DNA of 64,000 nt, taken from positions 14,880,001 to 14,944,000 of the forward strand of contig NC_043009.1 in NCBI RefSeq assembly GCF_006345805.1. The letters run 5' to 3'. The notes below the pieces were generated by a model. That model was not told the DNA's origin and did not search any database. It saw nothing but the letters and a program-made list of their open reading frames with translations. Position 1 is the stretch's first letter; each line of letters begins with the position of its first letter. A program made the translations under genes and the position numbers. Below, one piece after another: positions 54,100 through 64,000 of this stretch. Origin of the DNA: Octopus sinensis. Taxonomy: Eukaryota.

Positions 54100-55450
54100 T
54101 TCAAAAGTTTCCTCTCATTATAGGTATTCATGTTTATGCGTTCATCTCATATAGTTTTCGAAAGTGATATCGCCATCAAAAGTTGAATTAATTTGGTCAA
54201 ACAAGAATGACACTATGTCACCCGTATGGGAGATTGGGTCAGTGTTTAAATATTGATTCAGATGTTCTACCTACTAAAAGCCAGCTTGTATCACTCATCC
54301 ATTGCTACCATTCATGAATGTTTGAATTACTTGTGATTTGTGTGCACTCCGACATTTGCCTCTTTCACTTTTATTAACGGAAAGGCCTTGACACTATTTT
54401 ATAGTGATTCCGTCAAATTATGGATACAATATGATTATTCTAGTAATTTGAAGGTATGTTCAAGAATTATGTCTACGAAAGTGTTCTAAGAATGACCTGC
54501 ATACCACAAAATATGATATAATATAATACATTTGCACCGGCACCAAATAGTAGAGACTATAAACGCTCGGCTTTTACTGCAACTGATGGTAGTTTATTTT
54601 ATACCTATCTTGTGATTTATAGCAGTATAGCTGGTTTAATCCCATATATCACTTTCGGTTATAGTTATCATTCACCATCTCCCTTTGGAAGTTGATCATG
54701 TATATTGTTCTAATTCAGGGTTTCTCTAGTAGGTGCATCGATAAGTTTGAGAACTTATTCTGATGAGTAATCAACTGTACTGTATTTGTCGAAATTTGAA
54801 TGCAATTTATTTCCAGTTTCCGACTTTTCACACTTCATTACTTTCCTATTAATACGACTTTTGGGGATGTTGGGAAAGATATTCAAATAATGTGTATCAT
54901 TACGTGGTAGCGGACCTGTAGTACATAGCATTCCTTCATCAGATGTGTTGAATGTAGATACTATATCTCAGTTGTAGGAAACAATCTAATTACCATGAAA
55001 TAATGAAGGATACATCTATTCATTTCCACATCCACATGTTAACATACTTTGCATTAATGGTTTACAGTTTAATTATCAAAATATAATATTTGCAACAGCA
55101 ACCCTTGAAATTCCTAGTTAATTCGCGTTTTGTTGATATTTCAACATTTCTATAATCCTCAATTAATCCCTCTGCCTAAATGCTTCTCGAACTTTTCATG
55201 CAATTCTTAGTTATTCCTTCCTTCAATGTTAATGTAATTCGCTTTCATTTAAATCTGATTTAAGACGATTTTACTTTCTCGTGTGGTTACAAGTCGACAT
55301 TCCTCTGGTAGGCTTATCCAACTGAGATTGAAGTTATTTCGTCATTACTTTTATTTCTACAATCTGTGGCGATATAAAGTGTGCAAGCTTTTATAACAAA
55401 ACATGTCTTCCGTTCATTTTTATCTTTCATTAAATTCTTCCAAGAAAAAA
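54100..55450 (-). mobile_element. Possible ancient Ty3/Gypsy gag-protease-RT relic
   Basis: In order on the minus strand: WISLPEECR..ELHEKFEK (gag-like), SLLFGAGANV (LLDTGA-like) and KSERGKC / GDIVSFLFDQIN (pre-RT-like); many stops. Confidence 0.3.
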
Positions 55451-56068
55451 CTTATCTAAATTTATTCTGCTGGTCGTGATTTTTTTTAGTGTTAATTGCA
55501 TTAATAGCGTTTACGATGCCAAATTTTTTTCACACTTTCAGAAATTTAAATGAAACCTAATATCATTTTGAACTTGATACATAACAGAATGTCACCAACA
55601 TTTGGAAAAATGTGTTTGCGTATAGTATATTCATTGTGTCTAAGCGCTTTCTTTGTTCAACTTTTGAATCACACTTGCAACTAAAAGATCTGTATTATTA
55701 TTAGAAATTGATATCTTCCTGTGCCCTAAGAATTTTTCTCTGGTTTGCAACAACTTAACATGGGTTAGATAAACGCTTGTGGTTTATTAGAAGTGCCTGA
55801 GTTTGCTGCAGTATGCAAGGTTATATCTGTTAATACATGAAATTGTACTTGGCCCTTTCTATTCAGATTGATGCGCTACTTCACTGAACTCATTGAGGCT
55901 CTTCTGTTATATGACTCGCCAGAATGAAAATGCATCTTAATGCACTCACTGGTGTTTGCACCGTGTACAGCGAGCTCTAAAATGGATATTTGCTTATCTA
56001 CTCTTTTATACGTAGGCACACACAAACACACAAACACACACACACGCTAAAATGTCCATACACATATC

Positions 56069-56100
<32 letters not shown>

Positions 56101-56127
56101 CGTATAGATACGTGTACATATAAATAA

Positions 56128-56173
<46 letters not shown>

Positions 56174-56508
56174 TGGATTAAATGATAAAATCATTCAAAT
56201 GAAGGAAATTCATCAGTGGCCAGCATATAAAAAAACTCTTAGGTAAAATTCATATATATATATATATATATATATATAAAGATATATATATATATATATA
56301 TACATATATAATTGTATTGAAAACAATTATAATTAAAGGCAGTGACGCTACCATACCTATATGCTGGAAGAGACGCCAAATACGTCCATCTACTGTAAGT
56401 TTTCACTTCAAAATACACATGTTGAAAGCGTGTTTGGCGACGACGTCTAGCATATAGGCATGGTCGCTTCTGCGCCCTTAAATATAATTCTTTTATCTAC
56501 ATTTATAT

Positions 56509-56607
<99 letters not shown>

Positions 56608-56716
56608 ATCAATTTTTAATCAATATAGGGTGGCAAAAAAATTTTGTAGAATTTTTTTGCCACCAGCGGCCTAGTGGGAAAAAATTAAATAGTCATAGAC
56701 CATTTTTAAGTTCAAC

Positions 56717-57123
56717 ATCACAATCAAGGAACGGCCATAATAGGCCATTCACCCACTAGAAATAACAGCCAAAGCTTCAACCGCAAATAAAAATCAATTC
56801 CGTAAACCAGGAGAAAATTAAAAAACATTTACCCTGTAATTTCTTATACGATGCACCGTTTCATCTACTGTTTAATGGTAAACTAACCTGATTAAATTAA
56901 ATCAAGCCAATCTTCCATAGGCCCTTAGATTCATCAGTAAGAAATAGCCAAGTCGGAACAGATATTTTCACGAGGCATTTCCGACCCTGCCAAGGCAATA
57001 TCTGACCTAAAATTTTCAAATCATCGCACTCGGTTTACGGAATTGATTTTTATTTGCGGTTGAAGCTTTGGCTGTTATTTCTAGTGGGTGAATGGCCTAT
57101 TATGGCCGTTCCTTGATTGTGAT
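56717..57123. repeat. Perfect 92-bp inverted repeat with 223-bp spacer
   Basis: 56717-56808 is the exact reverse complement of 57032-57123. Confidence 0.95.
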
Positions 57124-57224
57124 ATATATATATATATATATATGGAGAGAGAGAGAGAAAGAAAGAGGGGGTGCAATGAATAATCCTTCGTCGAAATTAC
57201 ACAAAAGTTAAGATAGCACTGGCA

Positions 57225-58010
57225 TCTCATTTTAACATATATAGTTATAAAAATTAAATAAAAGTAAATTGAAATAGTAAAGAGTAAATTTATTCAATAA
57301 AATCGGCGTTGCCTTCAAGCACAGCATTCACACGAATTCGGAATTTCCTGCAATCCTTCTGAACTGTCTTTTTGTTCAAGTTGATGAATGCTGCCATAAT
57401 TCTTACTTTCAGTTCATCTTTGGTGTTACAAGGAGTTTTGTTAGTCTCTCGCTCAAATGCGCCTAACACATGACAGTGAAGTGGGTTCCAGGCTGGGGAG
57501 TTTCATGACAAGAATTGAGGGTTCGTGTCATCGCAGAAATTGTCTGACAGCAATGACTGGGTTGTCATGCTTGGGTGTCATTGTGCAGAGTCCTGTTGCC
57601 AGCCAGAGGGTCTTCCAGCATCAACCTTCGTGACCCAGGGCAGCTACCTCATGCAGATACTTGAAAAAGGCCACCGCGTTAAGTGTGAGCCCATGTGGGA
57701 TGAGGAATGGATGTATACCGTCGCCATCTCTAGTGATCACTCCAAACACAATGATGTTCAGTGGATGTTTCATTCTTATGATTATCGGTACCTGTTCGTA
57801 TTGGAGTTTCTGGCACGAACCCCAAGCAGTACAGCATGCCGTATCCAAATTTCTGGCGGAGTGAATTGCGTCATAGTGCTGTTTCTCTCACAGTCGGTGC
57901 CGACCTGACCCTACAGTACTCTTTAGTCGACAAAATCAAAAACAAACAATGAGCATGTGTAACATAAAAAGATAGAATGGCGACAATTTACCCATCGGAG
58001 GCTGTATGCA
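57225..58010 (-). mobile_element. Internally deleted maT/DD37D-like Tc1/mariner transposon
   Basis: MTQFTPPEIWIRHAVLLGVR joined to KHPLNIIVFGVITRDGD..PHGLTLN, with decayed QQDSAP and P-SP..NPL motifs downstream. Confidence 0.85.
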
Positions 58011-58223
58011 TAAAATAAGTTTAGCTTTATCCTCCCCATTCTTATAAATAGCATGTAGATATTTAACTCTGTGCACCAAACGACACATGTGCATATGTTT
58101 ATATTTTCGTGGATGCTTGCATGAGTGAGAGTACACTCGCTAAGCAACTTGTGCGAGGTCCATTATACATCCATATCTGTTAACGGTTATTTCTTATATT
58201 TTTCTCGCTGTATTGGCTGTATA

Positions 58224-58650
58224 GGCGCAGGAGTGGCTCTGGAGTGGCTCTGTGGGAAGTAGCTTGTTTACCAACTACATGGTTCCGGGTTCAGTCCCAC
58301 TGCGTGGCACCTTGGGCAAGTGTCTTCTATTATAACCTCGGGCCGACCAAAGCCTTGTGAGTGGATTTGGTAGATGGAAACTGAAAGAAGCCCGTCTTAT
58401 ATATGTATATATATATACATGCGTGTGTGTGTTTGTGTATCTGTGTTTGTCCCCCTAGCATTGCTTGACAACCGATGCTGGTGTGTTTATGTCCCCGTTA
58501 CTTTGCGGTTCGGCAAAAGAGACCGATAGAATAAGTACTGGGCTTACAAAAGAATAAGTCCCGGGGTCGAATTCCTCGATTAAAGGCGGTGCTCCAGCAT
58601 GGCCGCAGTCAAATGACTGAAACAAGTAGAAGAGTAAAGAGAGTAAAGAG
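58224..58650 (+). mobile_element. SINE family B (full length, 11-bp head duplication)
   Basis: GGAGTGGCTCT repeated twice; otherwise matches 29382. Confidence 0.9.
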
Positions 58651-59266
58651 TATTGCCTATTCGTTTCTTTTTTGCACCTGTGGTTTTATTTTTGAGATAT
58701 TTCCTTCGTTTTGCTGAATTTTTTCTCAATGAAATATGAAGATACTGCTATTTCAACGAATTGTATTTGCGCCACAGAAGATTGATAATGAAACGTTTTC
58801 ATACAGCAATGTGGACGCAAAACACATTCATACACAAGCGGAAGCGTGATGTCAGGCTATTGTATGTATTTATTGTATATATTTATATTGTATGTATTTA
58901 TATATCTTACATGAAAAGAAGCATCGATGATTTACCATTCAGCAGGCATTAACTCTACAGAAAGTGTATATTGTTCCAACACAAATATTCAGTTGACCAT
59001 TTAACATTAAATAATATATCTCTGCCCAGCAATCCAACGTCGTATTGTGTGAAAAAATTATTTTTGAAATATCGATTTCTTCAAAATTGGCACAATACCA
59101 ATGTTTATATGAGAGAAAGAATAGCCAATTGAATGAAATACAATACAGTATTGGTAATTATGTTATCAGGTGACTTAAAACCAGTAATGAGAGATACGGA
59201 ATAAAAATTAAGCCTCTAGCTTTTCAGTTCTTGAAATGATATTCAGAAACACGTACTGGTTGTTGG

Positions 59267-59298
<32 letters not shown>

Positions 59299-59458
59299 AT
59301 ATATTTACACTCACACATATACATACATACATGCATACATACATATATACACACTCATTCATATACGAGCATATGAAAATAGATGTGAGATGTTTGTATA
59401 AACAAGCTGAACACGCGTGTTTTGTATGTATATATTTATATACATATATGTAGGTATA

Positions 59459-59491
<33 letters not shown>

Positions 59492-59532
59492 GTATTTATA
59501 TGCATATATATGTATATGTATGTATGTATATG

Positions 59533-59587
<55 letters not shown>

Positions 59588-59973
59588 GTATGTATTTATA
59601 TCAACGCACGCAGTATATATTGCTTTAATTGTGATTTCTTTGTTTACATAAAAATCAGTATTCTGCGATGAAATATTTAGAACAAGAGGTAATCATTCAG
59701 TACGCGTTTTTTTTCAAACTTTTCTTTTGATGTTTTTCAAACCTATTCCCATTTCTGTTAACGCCATCTACACCACCAAATCTCACATATAGCAGGATTG
59801 CATTCGTAAACAATTCCACAGCCATCTTAAATGTCATCGTTTGCGTCTTATTCTTGTGAGTTTACTACAGAATATATTTCTCCAGACTTCTCACAACAGG
59901 GGAACAGATATAAAGTGTTACATTTATCAACATTATTATCAGATTTACTATATTTATACAGCTAATAAATCTA

Positions 59974-60170
59974 GGAGCTGGCAGAATCGTTAGGACGCCG
60001 GGAAAAATGCTAAGCGGCATTTCGTCCGTCTCTATGTTCTGAGTTCAAACCCCCGAGGTGGACTTTCTGTTTCATCCGTTCGGGTGTGATAGAATAATTA
60101 CCACTGGGATCGCCGTAATCGACTTATCCGCTTCCCAGAAATCACTTGCCTTGTGCTAAAGTTTTAAATC
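59974..60170 (+). mobile_element. SINE family A, diverged
   Basis: GAGCTGGCAGAATCGTTAG...GAGTTCAAAC. Confidence 0.75.
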
Positions 60171-61099
60171 AGTATTTACACAGCTAACGTCAATGATATC
60201 CATTAGATAAACATGCAGTGAGCCTTCACCACCTACTATTTTTTAATAATAGTATATGAAGGTGGTTTAGATATGTGCCTATATTAGTGACATTATTTTC
60301 AAGCTTATGACTTTATGACTTTCTCTTATATATCTGCCCTAATGTTATAGCGATACCCTCAATAAATATCATGAGGTATAACCTTTATCACAATGGCACA
60401 ATACTGTACTAAACGTCTGTTTATTTATGCAGGAGGTTTGTAGTAATTTTATGAGGATTTACCTACTGTTTTGCACGTCATTACAATTTGGTGAACTGAG
60501 CTAATAGGCCCCACATTACTGATACTTCCACAGGAGACCTGACATGCTTTCAAATCTCCCACACCTGTATTTAAATTAAAAATATATAGTGCATTTCCAT
60601 TTGGCAAGTAAATCCCAGCTTTGAAGATTTATAACGTATAAGCAGGCGCTATGCACTTTTATCAGCAGAAGTAGCGTTCGTGGAAATTGTCAGGTGTGAG
60701 TACTGAGGGAATTAGTTTGAAATTATGTTGACGTGAGAAAGGATTAGTGAGACTTATAAAACAAGACATTTACTTGTTATTGAAGCTTTTTACAAACCGA
60801 CCAAATTATACTGAAAAAGATTGAATATTCGCAATCAGTTGTATTTCTGTTTGCCTGAAAGTATTTTGGGATTAAGGATCAAACTCGCAGCTGAGAGATA
60901 TTATTTCTAATTGCACCTAAACAAGATCCGAATGACTAGGTTTATTCAATATTGGCAAAGAGTGCAAAGCTGCCAAGCACGAAATTCTCAAAATTTTCAA
61001 AAGGAAAATTTTCAAAAGGAACCTATATATATTTAAACAATAAAACAGTAATAATAATAATAAAAAATTGCTGCTGCTTATTTTTCGGATGCTTAAAAG

Positions 61100-61555
61100 A
61101 TTAGAGACAAATAAACTTATTTACCAAAACTCAATATATATATTCTCCAAGCAAGTTGCTCCCTTTTTTTTTTGCTGATTTCCTTCAGTTTTCTAACTGA
61201 AATGATTAGTTCTGCCTGTTTTCGACAGACTACTGCTTGTTTCAGTTCTTGCAACCATTCAGTATCCTTCTTGTGCTCCTTGTCTTTGCTCCACATGTCA
61301 CTCCCAAACCTTTGACTTTCAATGTTATCTGGTATCAACTTTTCATTTGTACACTCTCCATTTATTTCTTTATATAATCTCTTCTGATGTACTCTGAACA
61401 ATCTCTTCTGGCGGTAACCCTTCTTTCTTTGGTCATATCTTATCATCTTTGCTTTCTTTGCAACGAGTCGTTGTTTCAGTTCTTCTACTACTACTTTTAA
61501 ACATGTATTTTTAAAATTAAATTTCCGTTTCAGCGCCCTGTATTTTTGTTCGCAT
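61100..61555 (-). mobile_element. R4/Dong-like lineage Y pre-RT fragment
   Basis: RYDQRKKGYRQKRLFRVHQKRLYKEING...IPDNIESQRFGSDMWS; homologous to 18370-18760. Confidence 0.85.
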
Positions 61556-62855
61556 TTAAGCTCCCGCAGCTCTGAGTGCCTTGCGTAACTGCTGTGGTTT
61601 GTTGTGGTGCTCTTATGGCTACTGTATTGAAAGTGTTTTACGTAGGATGTGTACAGTGTCTAGTACTGCTATTTCGTGTGTGCTATATATACTTGTTAGT
61701 CCTGGCGCTTTTATTATATATTTATCTGAATATTTTTTATCATACCTAATGCCCTTATTATGATAAGAATTGTTTCTGTTTTTAGACTCCGCATTCGATT
61801 TACCTGTACTTCCAGATCTTTGTATTTTTATATTTTCTATATTTCCTTTAGAGAAACGGTGTTATCTGTTGGTATTGATACTTCGATTTGAAAGCATTTG
61901 TTTTTTCTTGATGTTCTCTGACAACTATATCCGGCCTATTGGCCTTAATTTCTCTATTTGTATGTATTGGCATATCTAACAGTATTGTTGCCTATGCCAT
62001 TACTTTTCTGTTGTTATTCCATAGTGTTGGCATAGCTTCCAATATATATAGATCCTAACTGTGTCTATGTACTTCTTCTTAGCCAGGACTGGGCGGCCAG
62101 AGACATATTCTGAAGTTACTTGTTATGTTTCCTTTCAGTAAATGTTTTTGATAATTTCTTGTGGGGAGGCTTTGGTATTGTGCTGCAATTAAAAGTCCTT
62201 CAGTCTATGCTTTGAGTTCTGAGCTTCTTAAATATTGTTGGGATTTTGCTTAGTCTATTTCTTTTGCTTTTCGTTTAACCCAGCTTTCATGCTATCATTT
62301 TATCATGCTCCGCTGCCGTTTTGGTTTTAGTTTAGATTTCAGGTGTTTTACAGCTGTGTCTTCTTCTTCATACTTTTTAGGTAGTATAACTTGCTTTTGT
62401 AGTCGTCAGCTTCCTTAAAGTGACTATTTCTATTAGTTTTCCTTGCTCCTGAAGTAGGCATTTTTGTTGTCCTATGATGGTTATTTTGTAATATCTTCCT
62501 AGTTGTATAAGGTCTGCATCACTTTTCTACACGTTGCAAATATATATATAACCTTTCTATATTAGATTTTGGGTGGTCCATCCTAAATACTGTCACGATC
62601 TTGTTGTTTTCCGGTGTAATTTGAGTAGTTTATTTAGTCCAGTTAAGGATATTGTAGCTGTAACATATAACTAGGACACCTGAAATGTTGATACTTATTA
62701 TCTTGTTTTTCGCATTGAGCTCTGTTTTCATTATTACTCTAACTCATCTATAGTATTCCCTTTTTATTTTCTCTTTCATTTGTGTGTCGTATCGTACCTT
62801 CATTATTGATTTGTATGTCTGGCTTTGATCTAATTCTCTTACTTCATTTGCTTTA
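61556..62855 (-). mobile_element. R4/Dong-like lineage X, post-RT to 3' UTR
   Basis: MKEKIKREYY..MKTELNAKNKI, HPKSNIERLY, TEGLLIAAQYQSL, KANRPDIVV, ALGMI. Confidence 0.85.
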
Positions 62856-62864
62856 TCTAGCGTG

Positions 62865-62939
62865 ATGTCGTTATATTATTATTATTATTACTATTATTAT
62901 TATTATTATTATTAGTAGTAGTAGTAGTAGTAGCATCAT

Positions 62940-62996
<57 letters not shown>

Positions 62997-63020
62997 TATT
63001 AGTAGTAGTAGTAGTAGTAG
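62865..63020. repeat. (TAT)(TAG)(CAT)(CAG)(TAG) compound trinucleotide microsatellite
   Basis: Direct reading of the sequence. Confidence 0.95.
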
Positions 63021-63329
63021 AATAAAAATCAACAACAAGAACGAGCCATGTAAGTCTGCTCATAGGGATTTCGCGCAAGTTAGAAGTATGCGAAGATACT
63101 TTTATCATGGAAAATGTTTGAGGAATATCAACGAATATATTGGAGGAATATGAGAGAAATGTGGCACTGAATATTCCTAGATATATCCAGCAAAAAATAA
63201 TTAGTGGACAGTTCTTTCTAAAACACTAGTAGCAAAAAGTATAAAATACACTAGCAAAATGAAGAAAAATTACGATCAGTTCGGAAGAGAAAATCTATAT
63301 AGTAAGGGGTAAAGATATATAGTAAGGGA

Positions 63330-64000
63330 AGTTTTGCATCTGAGGAGGCTGCTAAAAATCACTCAACAGCCACCTTAACGAGTGAGGAACTCATCATCAT
63401 CCCCATCTGTCTTAGCCGAAGAGTAGTGGCTGCAAGAATACTAAATATACCATCAGAAATAAACACCTTCTAGTTGGCGGCTGTGGATCTCTTCAAAATA
63501 GAAGAGAAAGCCACAATTCTGCGGAGCCTGATAATACAGAAATAGAACGAGTTAGGACAGGATATTGATCTAGGTAGATTAGCCAAGTGTCGAGGCCATC
63601 CCAGATTCCATAAGACTGTAGACATAACAATGCTGAACGTAGATGTTTAGGGTAGTAGGCAGAGATATCAATTGTGCGAGGAATGAGAGCTTGAACTGCG
63701 TTCTTGTTCAGGTAGGCCTGGATCTCAAGATGAGGATTGCTTTCCCGGACCCAGAAGATAGGTTGGTGATCCTAGATATGAATAGGAGCGACCGGGTGTC
63801 CTCAGACCGATGGCTGTCTATGCTTGAAAAGGAGCAGGACAGCTGGAATTTTTTCAGAAAGCAGGTTTTCCTCGGGACGTCCCGACCTTTATAATTAGTG
63901 GAGAATTGGAACGTCGTTTAAGATCCATCACCAGACTGTTTGGGGCTAGCGGATAGAAGAGTGGTGATAAAAGCCACGCAAACCTGCTCAGACATTTCTA
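63330..64000 (+). mobile_element. Tx1/L1-like LINE: ORF1 remnant and ORF2 APE endonuclease (runs off window)
   Basis: DPEDRLVILD, MAVYA, FFRKQVFLGTSRPL*LVENWNVV*DP match APE motifs (D..GR.....D; VYAP; FL.TS..L.L.GDWN). Confidence 0.7.

Overview
AT-rich eukaryotic non-coding DNA, saturated with (TA)n, (CA)n, (TATC)n and (TAA)n microsatellites and with decayed transposons. The repeat families look like those I associate with octopus (coleoid cephalopod) genomes; this is inference, as no search was run. I find no intact protein-coding gene, tRNA/rRNA gene or CRISPR array. Nearly all ORFs in the track are translated microsatellites or transposon fragments. Recognisable content: several tRNA-derived SINE families; three lineages of R4/Dong-like RT+RLE retrotransposons, most with ends at (TAA)n; Penelope-like (PLE) RT/GIY-YIG relics; RTE, HERO-like and Tx1/L1-like LINE fragments; maT/mariner relics; a MITE with an 8-bp TSD; and several foldback structures. 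The most notable signal is a small composite element found at two loci (about 25.9-26.4 kb and 51.7-53.6 kb). It consists of a tRNA-like Pol III head, an (AAT)n linker and a PLE-type tail carrying a minimal type I hammerhead ribozyme, and it is arranged as head-to-head inverted pairs at both loci. A separate ~550-bp non-coding element sits only in (TAA)n tracts and shows a 5'-truncation series.
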